Source: Acidobacteriota bacterium
GTDB taxonomy: Bacteria > Acidobacteriota > Thermoanaerobaculia > Gp7-AA8
Direction: 5' to 3'
DNA: 64,000 nucleotides
NCBI GenBank assembly: GCA_019244185.1
Contig: JAFATB010000014.1
Location: 512,001 to 576,000 of the forward strand
Shown in pieces: positions 17,563 through 28,469 of the stretch. The number at the start of each line of letters is the position of its first letter. The stretch's first letter is position 1. Under the pieces are notes generated by a model, which had not been told where the DNA came from, made no database searches, and saw only the letters and a list, made by a program, of their open reading frames with translations. The translations under genes and the position numbers were made by a program.

Positions 17563-18480
17563 CTATTCGCTTCGCTCGCGAACCGACAACCAGCTTCCGA
17601 ACCAGCCCGCGACCATGCCGCCGGCGACGAGCGCGGCGACCTTCTGCCACGGCAGGAACGTCGTGAACAGAAAGCCCCACAGGATCGAGCTCGATGGCGC
17701 GAGCGCGTGCTGCGCGCCGCGGAAGAGCGCGTAGAGCAGCGCGACCGCCACGAGGCCGCCGAGTGTGCCTTGCAGGAAGCCTTCGATCAGGAACGGCCCG
17801 CGGATGATGCGCTCGGTGGCGCCGACGAGGCGCATGATCTCGATCTCTTCGCGGTACAGCATCATCGTCAGGCGGATGACGTTCGCGATCGTGAACGCCG
17901 CGGCGATGGCGAGCACGCCGCCGGCGACGAGGCCGATGCCGTTGATCACGCTCACGAGCCGGCGCAGGCGCGTGATCCATTCCCAGTCGTACTGCACCTG
18001 ATCGACGCCGGGCGTCGCGCGCAGCGCGTCCATGCGCTGGTGAAACACGCGCGACTGCGCGAGGTGCGGCGCGACGTCCGCCTCGTACGACGCGGGGAAC
18101 GGATTGTCGTCGAGCTGGCCGACGACGTCGGAGAGGTTCGCAAAGTACGTCTTGAAGCGCGCGAGCGCTTCCTCGCGCGTCACGAAGCGGCGATGCGTGA
18201 GATCGGGGATCGCCGCGAGCGTGGTGTCGACGGCGTGGATCTGTTCCGGCGTCGCGTCGACTTCGAGATAGACGATGACGCGCGACTTCCCCTGCCATTC
18301 TTCCGCGGCGCGGTTGAGGTTTTCCGCGATGAGGAGGAACACGCCGACGATCAACAGCGAGATCGCGATCATGGCCACGGCGACGAAGCTCGTGCGCTTC
18401 GACACGTAGATCCGCCGCACCGCCTCGCGGAAAAAGTACGAAAACGTGTTCGACGGAGTTTCGGGCTCGCGCGTCGACAT
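17563..18480 (-). CDS. ftsX: Cell division permease FtsX
   Basis: TM, periplasmic domain, DNPFPAS, IANVIRLTM...REEIEIMRLVGAT...IRGPFLIEG. Follows ftsE. Confidence 0.9.
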   Translation of the reverse strand: MSTREPETPSNTFSYFFREAVRRIYVSKRTSFVAVAMIAISLLIVGVFLLIAENLNRAAEEWQGKSRVIVYLEVDATPEQIHAVDTTLAAIPDLTHRRFVTREEALARFKTYFANLSDVVGQLDDNPFPASYEADVAPHLAQSRVFHQRMDALRATPGVDQVQYDWEWITRLRRLVSVINGIGLVAGGVLAIAAAFTIANVIRLTMMLYREEIEIMRLVGATERIIRGPFLIEGFLQGTLGGLVAVALLYALFRGAQHALAPSSSILWGFLFTTFLPWQKVAALVAGGMVAGWFGSWLSVRERSE

Positions 18481-18486
18481 GAGGCG

Positions 18487-19200
18487 TTAGCCGCCGAGGC
18501 CGAAGACGCCTTCGCGCGCGGGCCGCGGCTCGACGACGCGCGCTTTCTCTTCGGCGAGGCGTCCGTGCTCGAGGAGGATCGTGCGGCGCCCGCTGCTGCG
18601 GATGAGATCGCGGTCGTGCGTGGCGAGGAGCACCGTCGAGCCGCGCAGGTTCGCCTCCGCGAAGATCTGCACGATTTCGTGCGAGAGGTCGGGATCGAGG
18701 TTGCCGGTCGGCTCGTCCGCGACGAGCACGAGCGGGTCGTTGATGAGCGCGCGCGCGATGGCCACGCGCTGCTGTTCGCCGCCGGAGAGCTGCAGCGGAT
18801 ACGCGTTCAGCTTGTGGTGCAGGTTCACCATCCGCAGCGCCTGGTACGCCTTCTTCTTGTGCTCCTTCGGCGGCACGTTGAGCACCGTGAGGATGAACGA
18901 GAGGTTCTCGAACACGGTCATGCGCTCGATGAGCTTGAAGTCCTGGAAGACCATCCCGATCTCGCGGCGGAACCACGGCAGCTGCGACTTCTTCATCGCG
19001 TTGAGGTTCCGGCCGTTGACGACGACCTGCCCTTCGGTCGGCGCCATCTGCCGCAGGATCAATTTCAGCAGCGTCGACTTGCCGGCGCCGCTCGGTCCGG
19101 TGAGGAACACGAACTCGCCTTTGTCGATGTGGAACGTGACGTCGTACAGCGCGGTCGAGTAGCGGTCGAAGCGCTTCGTCACGTGGTAGAAATGGATCAT
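18487..19200 (-). CDS. ftsE: Cell division ATP-binding protein FtsE
   Basis: FLTGPSGAGKSTLLKLI, IGMVFQDFKLI, LSGGEQQRVAIARA, ADEPTGNLDP. Confidence 0.93.
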   Translation of the reverse strand: MIHFYHVTKRFDRYSTALYDVTFHIDKGEFVFLTGPSGAGKSTLLKLILRQMAPTEGQVVVNGRNLNAMKKSQLPWFRREIGMVFQDFKLIERMTVFENLSFILTVLNVPPKEHKKKAYQALRMVNLHHKLNAYPLQLSGGEQQRVAIARALINDPLVLVADEPTGNLDPDLSHEIVQIFAEANLRGSTVLLATHDRDLIRSSGRRTILLEHGRLAEEKARVVEPRPAREGVFGLGG

Positions 19201-19214
19201 CGGTTTCCGATGAC

Positions 19215-19592
19215 ATGATACGCGACGTGCTCGCGCGCTTTCTCTACGTCTCGCTCGGCGGCGCCCTCGGCAGCGCGGGCCGCTACGCGACCGCGCTCGC
19301 GGCCGTGGCGTGGCTCGGTCCCGGCTTTCCGTACGGCACGATGATCGTGAATCTCATCGGTTCTTTTTGTATCGGCGCGGTGATGGAGCTCGTGCCGATG
19401 TCCGACCTGCGTCTCTTCCTCGTCACCGGCGTCCTCGGCGGCTTCACGACGTACTCGAGCTTCAACGAGGAGACGCTGCGCATGCTGCGCGACGGCGCGT
19501 TCGGCGGCGCGGCCATCAACGTCGCCGCGACGGTGGCCGGCTGCATGGCAGCCGGCACCGCCGGATTTCTGATCGCGCGAATGTTTCGCTAG
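19215..19592 (+). CDS. crcB: Fluoride efflux channel (CrcB/FluC)
   Basis: LGGALGSAGRY, FPYGTMIVNLIGSF, TGVLGGFTTYSSF. Start could be GTG 19227. Confidence 0.92.
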   Translation: MIRDVLARFLYVSLGGALGSAGRYATALAAVAWLGPGFPYGTMIVNLIGSFCIGAVMELVPMSDLRLFLVTGVLGGFTTYSSFNEETLRMLRDGAFGGAAINVAATVAGCMAAGTAGFLIARMFR

Positions 19593-20779
19593 CGCTCGCG
19601 CAGCGCGTTTGCGACGGGCATCCGCGCCGCGCGGATCGCGGGGAAGAAACCGCCCACGAGTCCGATGAACAGCGCGTACACGATCGCCCACGTCATGAGG
19701 CGTGCGTTGACGTCGAACGCGAACGTGACCTGGCTGAACGTCTGCCAGTTCATCGTCGCCGCGCGGTAGCCGTCGAATGCGACATACGCGAGGCCGGCGC
19801 CGAGGACGCCGCCGGCGACGGCGAGCAGCAGCGCTTCCACGATGACGGACATCATCACCGCGAAGCCGCCGAAGCCGAGCGCCTCGAGCGTCGCGATCTC
19901 ACGCGCGCGCGCCGCGACGGCGGTGTACATCGTGTTGAGCGCGCCGAAGATCGCGCCGACGCCCATGAGGCTGCAGACGATGAACGCCAGTCCGGTGACG
20001 AGCCCGCGCAGCGTGCGCGACTGCGACTCGTAGTACTCGGTCTCGGTCTGCACCTTCACGCTGAGCTTCGGATCGGACGTGAGCGCGTCCTTGAACTGCT
20101 GGAAGCTGGCGGGCGAGGCGAGCTTCGCGATGACGATCGAGTTCGACGCGTGGCGCTGATACGCCGGTCCGAGGACCGCGGCATCGGACCAGAGCTCGGA
20201 CTCGGAGATCGAGCCCTTCGCGTCGAAGATGCCGACGACTTTCCAGACGTTCGTGCCGAAGTGCAGCTCGGAGCCGACGTCGGTGCCGGCGAACTCGCTG
20301 TGCGCGCCGCGACCGACGATCACTTCGTTCTTGCCCCACTCGAACGTGCGGCCTTCGATGATCTTGACCTCGGGGCGGATGGCGAACGCTCCCTGCGAGA
20401 TGCCGCGCAGCGGCACGTTCGCGTCGGTGTGCGACGAGCGTTTCGGCAGGTCGACGACGACATAGAGCTCGGGTGAGAGGAGCGGCTTGCCCTGCGCGTC
20501 TTTTGCGACGCCGGGCGCGTTGCGAATCAGTTCGACGTCGTCGCGGAGCAGCACGGACGTCATCTCGTTGTCGGCGCCGGCGCGGAGCACCATGGCCGTG
20601 TCGGGTTTTCCGGCGACGACCATCACGCGGCGGAAGCCTTCGCCGATCGAGAGGACGCCGACGAGCACGGCCACGACGCCGGCGATGCCGAAGACGGCGG
20701 CGCCCGCGGAGCCGAGGCGGCCGCGAAGCGTGCGAACGTTGAATGCGATGAGCGCGGCGAGTTGACGGAACGGTTTCAT
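19589..20779 (-). CDS. ABC transporter permease (MacB/FtsX-like)
   Basis: N-terminal TM, large periplasmic domain, GALNTMYTAVAARAREIATL, FPAIRAAR. Confidence 0.88.
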   Translation of the reverse strand: MKPFRQLAALIAFNVRTLRGRLGSAGAAVFGIAGVVAVLVGVLSIGEGFRRVMVVAGKPDTAMVLRAGADNEMTSVLLRDDVELIRNAPGVAKDAQGKPLLSPELYVVVDLPKRSSHTDANVPLRGISQGAFAIRPEVKIIEGRTFEWGKNEVIVGRGAHSEFAGTDVGSELHFGTNVWKVVGIFDAKGSISESELWSDAAVLGPAYQRHASNSIVIAKLASPASFQQFKDALTSDPKLSVKVQTETEYYESQSRTLRGLVTGLAFIVCSLMGVGAIFGALNTMYTAVAARAREIATLEALGFGGFAVMMSVIVEALLLAVAGGVLGAGLAYVAFDGYRAATMNWQTFSQVTFAFDVNARLMTWAIVYALFIGLVGGFFPAIRAARMPVANALRER

Positions 20780-21933
20780 TACTCTCTCCGAAGTGCGTCG
20801 ACGGCGTTGAGCCGCATCGCCTGCAGCGCGGGCAGCGCGCCCGCGACGAGGCCGAGGGCGAGCGCGATCACGAGACCGAGCGTGCGCGCCTCGGGCGGGA
20901 AGAAGAAGATCGGCAGCGCGCCGTGGGTCGGATCGCCCTGCGCGACCGACATCCAGCCGAGACCGAGGCCGGCCAGGCCGCCGACGATGGCGATGAGCAG
21001 CGATTCCGCGAGGACGAACGAGAGCACCTGCGCGTCGGTGAAGCCGATCGCTTTCATCACGCCGAGCTCGTTGATGCGCTCGCGCACCGCCTGCGCCATC
21101 GTGTTGCCGGCCACGAGCAGGATCGTGAAGAAGACGGCGGACAGGATCGCCTGCACGATCGCGCCGATGTTGCCCATCTGCTCGGCGAAGCCTTTGACGA
21201 ACGCCTTCTCCGTCTCCGTCTTCGTCTCCTGCGGCGAGTTCGCGAACGTCGCGTCGACCTTGCGCGCGACGTCTTCCGCGTACTTGGGATCCTTCACCCG
21301 AATGCCGTACCAGCCGGTCATGCCTTTGCCGAACATCCGGTTCTCGTCCATGTAGTCGTGGCGGAAGTAGAACGCGGTGGTGTCGGTCTCGGGATTCGCG
21401 CCGTCGTAGATGCCGACGAGATCGAACGTCCACGCGTTGCCGCCGGTCTTCGGTCGCAGGTACGTGGCCGTGAGGACGATCTTGTCGCCGACTTTCCAGT
21501 GGTACTTCTCGGCGGTCTTGCGTCCGGCGATGGCGCCCGTGCGCGTCTTGAACCACGCCTCGCGCTGCGCCGGCGGCAGGATGAACTCGGGGTACATCTG
21601 GAGGAACTCGGGCGGATTGACGGCGATCTGCGCCCACGCGGTCGGCTTGTCCTGATAGAGGCCGCCGAACCACGCGTTCTCGGTCGCGTCGACGACGCCG
21701 TCGATCTGCTCGATGCGGCGCTCGTAGCTCTGCGGCAGCGGCTGGATGAGCGACACGCGGTGGCGCACGACGAGGCGGTTCGCGCCGGCGACGCTCACGC
21801 CCATCTGGAACGCGCGGCGGATCGCCGAGAGATACGCGAACAGCACGAACGCGATGAGGATCGAGCCGATCGTCAGCAGCGTGCGCAGCTTGTGGCGCTT
21901 GAAGTTCGAAAGGATCAGCAGCGCGTATTTCAT
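20779..21933 (-). CDS. ABC transporter permease (MacB/FtsX-like)
   Basis: RTLLT, NTMAQAVRERINELGVMKAIGF, PALQAMRL..VDALR. Confidence 0.88.
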   Translation of the reverse strand: MKYALLILSNFKRHKLRTLLTIGSILIAFVLFAYLSAIRRAFQMGVSVAGANRLVVRHRVSLIQPLPQSYERRIEQIDGVVDATENAWFGGLYQDKPTAWAQIAVNPPEFLQMYPEFILPPAQREAWFKTRTGAIAGRKTAEKYHWKVGDKIVLTATYLRPKTGGNAWTFDLVGIYDGANPETDTTAFYFRHDYMDENRMFGKGMTGWYGIRVKDPKYAEDVARKVDATFANSPQETKTETEKAFVKGFAEQMGNIGAIVQAILSAVFFTILLVAGNTMAQAVRERINELGVMKAIGFTDAQVLSFVLAESLLIAIVGGLAGLGLGWMSVAQGDPTHGALPIFFFPPEARTLGLVIALALGLVAGALPALQAMRLNAVDALRRE

Positions 21934-22619
21934 GCGGCCATCTCGCTGGAGAGCTGTCCGTCGACCATGTGCAGGCGGCGCGACGCGCGGTCGGCGGCGT
22001 GCGGGTCGTGCGTCACCATGACGATCGTCTTCCCGTGCTCGCGGTTGAGACCCTGCAGCAGGTCGAGGATGCCGTCGCCGGTCTTGCGATCGAGGTCACC
22101 GGTCGGCTCGTCGGCGAGGATGAGCGTGGGGTCGGTGACGATCGCGCGGGCGATGCCGACGCGCTGCTGCTCGCCGCCCGAGAGCGTGCGCGGCGTGTGC
22201 TTGGCGCGATGCGAGAGGCCGACGATCTCGAGCGCCGTGGCGACGTGGCGCTTCCGTTCGGCGGACGAGAGATTCGTCAGCAGCAGCGGCAACTCCACGT
22301 TGCGCGCGGCCGTCAAGACCGGCAACAGGTTGTAGAACTGGAAGACGAAGCCGACGTGGCGCGAGCGCCAGTGCGCGAGCTCGCGGCGCGAGAGCGTGTC
22401 GATGCGCTGGCCGTCGATCTGGATCGAGCCGGCGCTGGGGCGGTCGAGGCCCGCGAGGAGATTGAGCAGCGTCGACTTGCCCGATCCCGACGGACCCATG
22501 AGCGCGAGGAACTCGCCCGACGCGATGGTCAGGCTGAGGTTGTTCAGCACGCGCACTTCCTCGCTGCCGCGATGGAAGACTTTCTCGACGTTGGACAGGC
22601 TGACCAGGGTGTTGGGCAT
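21930..22619 (-). CDS. ABC transporter ATP-binding protein (LolD/MacB-like)
   Basis: GPSGSGKST, GFVFQFYNL, LSGGEQQR, ADEPTGDLD, MVTHD. Confidence 0.93.
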   Translation of the reverse strand: MPNTLVSLSNVEKVFHRGSEEVRVLNNLSLTIASGEFLALMGPSGSGKSTLLNLLAGLDRPSAGSIQIDGQRIDTLSRRELAHWRSRHVGFVFQFYNLLPVLTAARNVELPLLLTNLSSAERKRHVATALEIVGLSHRAKHTPRTLSGGEQQRVGIARAIVTDPTLILADEPTGDLDRKTGDGILDLLQGLNREHGKTIVMVTHDPHAADRASRRLHMVDGQLSSEMAA

Positions 22620-22642
22620 TGGGTTGTTCTCCTGCGTTGATT

Positions 22643-22755
22643 GTTGACGGCGTCGCCGAGGCCTCGACGACGGGGCGCCTATGGTTTTTACTGCGACGAG
22701 GGCTCGCCTATGGTTTGACGGCTTCGCCTAGGGTTTGACGTTGACGGCGTCGCCG
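22643..22755. repeat. Intergenic short direct repeats copying the 3' end of the upstream gene
   Basis: CGCCTA(T/G)GGTTT at 22676-22687, 22705-22716 and 22725-22736. GTTGACGGCGTCGCCG at 22643-22658 and 22740-22755. Confidence 0.7.
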
Positions 22756-23936
22756 TCTTGCAGATCGGGTCCTTCGCTCACGACGCTCTCCCCCTGGGAG
22801 ACGCCCGACGCGAGCCGGGCGAAGTCGCCTTCCGATTCGGCGACCTTGACGGCGCGTCGTTCCGCCTTGCCGTCCTTGACGACGAAGACGACATCCTGAT
22901 CGCCGTCTTTGCGGACGGCGGTCTTCGGCACTTCCACGAGCGGCGCGGCGGCGGGCGCGCTGTCGTCGGTGATGAAACCGACTTTCACGCCCATGTCCGG
23001 CAGCACGCGCTGGTCGCGCGCGTCGAAGGCGATGCGCACCTTCACCGTCGCCTTCTGGCGGTCGGCGGTCGGCACCGCGGTGATGACGTGCGCGGGGATC
23101 TTCCAGTCGGGATACGCGTCGAGGATCGCCTCGACTTTCTGGTTCGGATGCACGCGGTTGATGTAGGCCTCGTTGACGTCGACCTCGATCTCGAGCGAGG
23201 CCATGTCGACGATCGTGCAGATGCCGGTGCGCGTGAAGCCGCCGCCGGCTGACATCGGCGAGATCATCTCGCCCGGCTGCGCGTCCTTCGAGACGACGAT
23301 GCCGTCGAACGGCGCGCGCACGATGGTGTCGTCGACGTTCTGCCGCTGCAGCTCGACCTGCCGTTGCGCGCTCGCGTACTGATCGCTCTGCGCGGCGAGG
23401 CGCGCCTTGGCGGCATCGAGCTCGGCGAGCGCGCGGTCGGCGTCCGCTTTCGACGAGATCGCGCTCGCGGCGAGCCGCGACGCGCGGTCGTAGTCGAGCT
23501 GCGCCTGGCGGATGCGCACGCGCGTCTCCTGGAGCGCGCTCGACGCGGACGTCGCTTCCGCTTCCGCGAGCCGCAGCCCTTTCTGCGTGAGCGAGTCGTC
23601 GAGGCGCGCCAGCTCCTGGCCCGCCGTCACGTGCATGCCTTCTTCGATGAACAGCTGATCGATCTTGCCGGTCACTTTCGCCGACACCGTGGCCTGCCGG
23701 CGCGCGGTGACGTAGCCGCTCGCATTGAGCACCGCGCCGCCGTTCGTCGACGCCGCGGCGATCGCGCGCGCCTGCGCGACCTTGACTTCTTTCTTCGAGC
23801 CGCGCGTCAGCGCCCACGCCGCGATCGCGACGACGAGCACGATCGGGATGACGATCCACCAAGGCTTGCGCCGCGGCGCGGCGACGGTTTCCGTGCGGGC
23901 GATGCGAAGGCCATCGAGTGCTGTTTTATCGACCAT
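22728..23936 (-). CDS. Efflux periplasmic adaptor (membrane fusion protein, MacA-like)
   Basis: N-terminal TM, LNASGYV, lipoyl half motifs, coiled-coil hairpin, VRAPFDGIV, EVDVNEAYI. Confidence 0.9.
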   Translation of the reverse strand: MVDKTALDGLRIARTETVAAPRRKPWWIVIPIVLVVAIAAWALTRGSKKEVKVAQARAIAAASTNGGAVLNASGYVTARRQATVSAKVTGKIDQLFIEEGMHVTAGQELARLDDSLTQKGLRLAEAEATSASSALQETRVRIRQAQLDYDRASRLAASAISSKADADRALAELDAAKARLAAQSDQYASAQRQVELQRQNVDDTIVRAPFDGIVVSKDAQPGEMISPMSAGGGFTRTGICTIVDMASLEIEVDVNEAYINRVHPNQKVEAILDAYPDWKIPAHVITAVPTADRQKATVKVRIAFDARDQRVLPDMGVKVGFITDDSAPAAAPLVEVPKTAVRKDGDQDVVFVVKDGKAERRAVKVAESEGDFARLASGVSQGESVVSEGPDLQDGDAVNVKP

Positions 23937-23947
23937 TGGACGGCGTC

Positions 23948-23991
23948 ATTATGGCGATCGGCCCCTCCTTTGTCAGTTGACGTTTGTCAAC
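23948..23991 (-). promoter_or_regulatory. Putative sigma70 promoter and inverted repeat upstream of the efflux operon
   Basis: CTGACA-N17-CATAAT on the minus strand, 11 nt before ATG 23936. Inverted repeat GTTGAC-N4-GTCAAC at 23976-23991. Confidence 0.5.
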
Positions 23992-24085
23992 CCGTTCACC
24001 TGCCGTTCATCACCGTAACGTCGTTTTACATCGTGTGACGCGGGAGGGGCAGACTGCCCGCGCCCGCGGCGCGCATCGTCGCGTC

Positions 24086-26152
24086 ATGCGACGCACGCTG
24101 CTTTTTCTACTGCTCGTAGGGACAACGAATCTCCACGCCGAGCCCGCGCACATCGACCTCGCCAAACGCTCCGGCGGCGCCATCACGATCGACGGCGATC
24201 TCGCCGACGCAGGCTGGGCGCACGCGACGCGCATTGACTCGTTCGTCGAGTACTTTCGCGGCGACAACACCGCGCCGCCGGTGAAGACGTCGGGATTGCT
24301 GACGTACGACGATCAGGCGGTGTACGTCGCGTTCCGCGCCGACGATCCGCGTCCGCGCGAGATCCGCGCGCCGCTCGTCGACCGCGATCAGGTGCGCGAG
24401 GATCAGGACTACGTCGCGGTGATGATCGACACGGCCAACGACCGCCGCGCTGCCGTGCAGTTCCGCGTGAACCCGCGCGGCGTGCAGACCGACAGCGTCT
24501 ACAACGACACGAGCGGCGACGAGGACTTCTCGCCCGACTTCGTCTATCAGGCCGTGGCGCGGCGCACGCCGGAAGGGTGGGCGGCGGAGCTGCGCATCCC
24601 GCTCTCGTCGCTGCGTTACCCGTCGACCGATCCGCAGACGTGGGGCGTGCTGCTCATCCGCAATTACCCGCGCGACTTCCGCTACGTCATGGCCAACACG
24701 CCGATCCCGCGCAACTCGAACTGCTTCGTCTGTCACTCCGCGGTCGCCAGCGGCATCGCCGGACTGCCCACCGGCAGCCATTTCACGCTGACGCCGTATT
24801 CGACGATGCGCGAGCAGGGCTTCGATCTGAAGTGGAATCCCTCCGCGCGCCTCACGTTCGACGCGACGCTCAATCCCGATTTCTCGCAGATCGAAGCGGA
24901 TGTGCCGCAGCTCGCCACCGACAGCAGCTTCGCGATCTCGTATCCGGAAAAGCGCGCGTTCTTCCTCGAGAGCGTCGATCTGCTCGCGACGCCGCTCACC
25001 GCCGTCTACACGCGCGCCATCACCGCACCGGCGTGGGGCATGCGCGCCACGGGACAGAGCGGCACGAACGCGTACACGCTACTCCTCGCCGAAGACCGCG
25101 GGGGCGGCTCGACGATTCTGCCCGGCCCGTACGGCTCGAGCGAGATCCCGCAGGAACAATCCGAAGTGCTCGTCGGACGGCTGCGGCACACGCTGGGAAC
25201 GTCGTTCGTCGGACTTCTCGCGACCGCGCGCGAGAACGAGTCGGGCACGTACAACCGCGTCCTCGGCCCCGACTTTCTCTGGAAGCCGTCGAAGCGCGAC
25301 CGCGTCGCGGGCCAGCTCCTGCTCAGCGACACCGACGGCGCGCGCGGCAACGCGGCCCGCGTCTACTACACGCACGACGCGCCGCGCTGGGACGCGTACG
25401 CCGGCGCGCGGCAGTACTCGCCGGAGTTCCGCGCGGATGACGGCTTCCTGCCGCAGGTCGGCATCCGCCAGACGTACGTCGAAGTCGCCGGGCACCTCTA
25501 TCCGAAGAAAGGCATCACGTTCCTGCGCACGTACTTGGGTGTCGACTACGCGCACGAGTACGACGGCGCGGCGCGCGTGCACACGCAGTTCTTTCCCGGC
25601 TTCTTCTTTCAGGGCAAGTGGGGGAGCGAAGGCTGGGTGACGCTGCGCGCGCACAACCAGGAGCGCGTGAACGGACGCATGCTGACGACGCAGTTCGTCG
25701 AGTTCTCGCTGCGCGCCGCGCCCGCGCGCTGGCTGCCGGCGCTCCGCTTCGAAGGCGCGGCCGGCGAGAAGATCGACTACGCGGAAGGGCGCACCGGCAC
25801 CGGCGCGAATCTGTCGCTGAGCGGCACCGTGCGTCCGACCGATCATTTGCAACTGCAGGCGACCGCCTCGCGCGAATGGCTCGACCTCGATGCCGGACGG
25901 CTCTTCGACGCGCAGTCCGCGTTCGTGCAGGCGACGTACACGTTTTCCGCGCGGTCGCTCATGCGCGTGGTCGCGCAACAGGGGACTACGACGCGCAACG
26001 CGGCGCTGTATGCGGGCGACGTCGTCGAGCACGAGCGGAAGCGCGTCGTGTCGGCGCTGTACGGCTACAAGCTGACGTTCCAGACGGTGTTCTTCGTCGG
26101 CGTCAACGACGATTCGGTCTTCGCGAAAGTCGCCTACGCGTTCAACCGCTGA
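24086..26152 (+). CDS. CBM9-like / DUF5916 domain protein, probable outer-membrane beta-barrel
   Basis: Signal peptide, [54 protein letters not shown]. Ends FAKVAYAF. Confidence 0.82.
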   Translation: MRRTLLFLLLVGTTNLHAEPAHIDLAKRSGGAITIDGDLADAGWAHATRIDSFVEYFRGDNTAPPVKTSGLLTYDDQAVYVAFRADDPRPREIRAPLVDRDQVREDQDYVAVMIDTANDRRAAVQFRVNPRGVQTDSVYNDTSGDEDFSPDFVYQAVARRTPEGWAAELRIPLSSLRYPSTDPQTWGVLLIRNYPRDFRYVMANTPIPRNSNCFVCHSAVASGIAGLPTGSHFTLTPYSTMREQGFDLKWNPSARLTFDATLNPDFSQIEADVPQLATDSSFAISYPEKRAFFLESVDLLATPLTAVYTRAITAPAWGMRATGQSGTNAYTLLLAEDRGGGSTILPGPYGSSEIPQEQSEVLVGRLRHTLGTSFVGLLATARENESGTYNRVLGPDFLWKPSKRDRVAGQLLLSDTDGARGNAARVYYTHDAPRWDAYAGARQYSPEFRADDGFLPQVGIRQTYVEVAGHLYPKKGITFLRTYLGVDYAHEYDGAARVHTQFFPGFFFQGKWGSEGWVTLRAHNQERVNGRMLTTQFVEFSLRAAPARWLPALRFEGAAGEKIDYAEGRTGTGANLSLSGTVRPTDHLQLQATASREWLDLDAGRLFDAQSAFVQATYTFSARSLMRVVAQQGTTTRNAALYAGDVVEHERKRVVSALYGYKLTFQTVFFVGVNDDSVFAKVAYAFNR

Positions 26153-26214
26153 CAGGGACGACACAAGTTGTGACAAGTGCCGTCCGGAGGTCGTGCGACG
26201 ATACCGCCGACCCG

Positions 26215-27795
26215 ATGCGTCATCTCTTCCGCCGTTCGATTTTCTGGCTGCTGCCGGTCGTCATCGTGCCGCTCATCGCGCTCGTGGTGATGCAGTACCG
26301 CTTCCTGCGATCGCTGGAACAGAAGACGATGATGGCGGAGCGGAACTCGATGCGTACGTCGCTCGAGCTGGCGACGTCCGAGATCGAGACGCGCATGCGC
26401 CACGACGCGCGCATGGCCCTCTCGCTCACCGAGCTCCAGCTCCGCGACGTCATGCACCTCGGCGCGCACTTTCGCGCGCATCCCGTTCCCGGCGCGCACA
26501 CGTTCTTCGCCATGCGCTTCAAGGGTCCGGTCTACGAGACCGGCTACTTCGACGCGAATGCCGTCGAGCGCCTGCCGCACGACGACGAGATCGAAGCGGT
26601 GAAGATGGCCACGGTTTCGTGGCACGTCGCGCACAAGCTCGGGCGCGTCGCGCAGCCGTCGCTCAGCGTCGACGAGCGCGATCCGCGGCACGCGATCATC
26701 CTGCGGCCGGTGGTCGATGCGTCGTGGCGCGTGGTCGGCGTCGCGGGCGTCGTGCTCGATCCGGAGCGCACGCGCTGGGCGATGACGGAGATCGGCGCAC
26801 GCGCGCTGAAACGGCACATGCCGTCCGATCCGATGGCGCTGCGCATCGGCGAGCAGTTCCCGAAGATGCCCGGCGGCAGTCCGTTCATCACGCAGCCGCT
26901 CGGCTTCGTCTTCACGAACTGGCGCGCGGGCGTGCGCGACCTCTGCGCGAGTCCCGAGGAGATCGCGGCGTACAACTTCCGCAACAACGTGCTGTGGACG
27001 GGCGGCGCGTTCATCGTCCTCCTCGGCGCGATCGGACTCGCGCTGGCCGCGGTCGCGCGGCAGATGCGCCTCTCGCAGATGAAGAGCGACTTCGTCTCGA
27101 ACGTCTCGCACGAGCTGCGCACGCCGCTCTCCTCGATCCGCGTGTTCGGCGAGTACATGCGCCTCGGCCGCGTCGAAAAGCCGGAGAAGGTGCGCGAGTA
27201 CGGCGAGTACATCGAGGCCGAGAGCCGGCGGCTCACGCAGCTCATCAACAACATCCTCGACTTCTCCAAGATCGAGTCGGCGGAGAAGAAGTACCGCTTC
27301 TGCGCGACCGACATCGTGGCGCTGGTCGAGCAGACCGTCGACGCGTTCGCGATGCCGCTGCGCGAAGCCGGCGTGGCCATCGCGTTCCGCGCGCCGGCCG
27401 CGCGTCCGGTGCTGCCGCTCGACAAGGACGCGCTCGGTCAGGTGCTCGTCAACCTGCTCGACAATGCGGTCAAGTACTCCGGCGACCGCAAGGAGATCGA
27501 CGTCGCCGTCGACGTCGGACGCGAGGTGCGCGTGGCCATCCGCGACCGCGGCATCGGCATCGCGCCGTCCGAGCAGAAGAAGATCTTCGAGAAGTTCTAT
27601 CGCGTCGGCAGCGGTCTCGTGCACGACGTGAAAGGCAGCGGCCTCGGGCTCTCGATCGTGCAGCACGTCGTGCGCGCGCACGGCGGACGCGTCGAGGTCG
27701 CGAGCGCGCCGGGCGAGGGGAGCACGTTCACGATTGTGCTGCCGTTCGCCGCGAAACAGGAAGTGCCGATCCCAACGACGACGGAGTTCGCATGA
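26215..27795 (+). CDS. Membrane sensor histidine kinase
   Basis: Two TMs, H-box [14 protein letters not shown]-box [11 protein letters not shown] boxes DRGIGI and GSGLGL. Confidence 0.93.
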   Translation: MRHLFRRSIFWLLPVVIVPLIALVVMQYRFLRSLEQKTMMAERNSMRTSLELATSEIETRMRHDARMALSLTELQLRDVMHLGAHFRAHPVPGAHTFFAMRFKGPVYETGYFDANAVERLPHDDEIEAVKMATVSWHVAHKLGRVAQPSLSVDERDPRHAIILRPVVDASWRVVGVAGVVLDPERTRWAMTEIGARALKRHMPSDPMALRIGEQFPKMPGGSPFITQPLGFVFTNWRAGVRDLCASPEEIAAYNFRNNVLWTGGAFIVLLGAIGLALAAVARQMRLSQMKSDFVSNVSHELRTPLSSIRVFGEYMRLGRVEKPEKVREYGEYIEAESRRLTQLINNILDFSKIESAEKKYRFCATDIVALVEQTVDAFAMPLREAGVAIAFRAPAARPVLPLDKDALGQVLVNLLDNAVKYSGDRKEIDVAVDVGREVRVAIRDRGIGIAPSEQKKIFEKFYRVGSGLVHDVKGSGLGLSIVQHVVRAHGGRVEVASAPGEGSTFTIVLPFAAKQEVPIPTTTEFA

Positions 27796-28469
27796 GCAAA
27801 ATCCTGATTGTGGAAGACGATCCCGCGATGTCGGTCGCGCTGCGCGACGGCTTCGAGTTCGAAGGCTTTCAGGTGGAGATGGCGGCCGACGGCGAAGCCG
27901 GCCTGCACCTCGCCATGCGCGGCGGCCACGACCTCATCGTGCTCGACGTCATGCTGCCGAAGAAGAGCGGCCTCGATGTCTGCAAGGAGCTGCGGCGGAT
28001 GAACGCGCATACGCCGGTGATCATGCTCACCGCGCGCGGCCAGGAGATCGACAAGATCGTCGGCCTCAAGCTCGGCGCCGACGACTACGTCACGAAGCCG
28101 TTCAGCTTCATGGAGCTGCTCGCGCGTGTCGAGGCCGTGCTGCGCCGCACCTCGCGCGTGGCGGCGGGCGACGAGGTCGAATTCGGCGACGTCCGCGTCG
28201 ACTTCCGCACCTACCAGGCGACGAAAGGCGAGCTGCCGCTCGAGCTCACGCCGCGGGAGTTCCGCATCCTCCGCTACTTCATCGATCACACCGACGAAGT
28301 GGTGTCGCGCGACGCGCTGCTCAACCACGTCTGGGGCTACGACAGCGCGGCGTTCACGCGCACGGTCGACACGCACATGGCGCGGCTGCGGCAGAAGATC
28401 GAGAGCACGCCGTCCGAGCCGCGGCACCTCATCACCGTGCACCGCGTCGGCTACAAGTTCGTGCCCTGA
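27792..28469 (+). CDS. OmpR-family response regulator
   Basis: [23 protein letters not shown], winged helix [20 protein letters not shown] overlap with the kinase. Confidence 0.95.
   Translation: MSKILIVEDDPAMSVALRDGFEFEGFQVEMAADGEAGLHLAMRGGHDLIVLDVMLPKKSGLDVCKELRRMNAHTPVIMLTARGQEIDKIVGLKLGADDYVTKPFSFMELLARVEAVLRRTSRVAAGDEVEFGDVRVDFRTYQATKGELPLELTPREFRILRYFIDHTDEVVSRDALLNHVWGYDSAAFTRTVDTHMARLRQKIESTPSEPRHLITVHRVGYKFVP

Noticed and set aside
15721-19218. 1165-aa plus-strand ORF, and similar long ORFs opposite or overlapping real genes (1400..3700, 38460..41561, 49080..51521, 60785..63052)
   Set aside because: They mirror well-supported genes on the other strand, are Arg/Ala-rich with no motifs, and are expected from stop-codon scarcity in high-GC coding DNA.
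19150-19230. Fluoride riboswitch upstream of crcB
   Set aside because: No recognisable consensus and only 14 bp of intergenic space.
22643-22755. Possible mini CRISPR array
   Set aside because: Repeats are only 12 nt, spacers are 8 and 17 nt, one copy is the gene's own stop region, and no cas genes are present.
25618-26214. N-terminal extensions given by the ORF track for the kinase, regulator, truB, permease and serine hydrolase
   Set aside because: They overlap upstream genes in another frame. Downstream starts with coupling or -10 signals fit the family lengths better.
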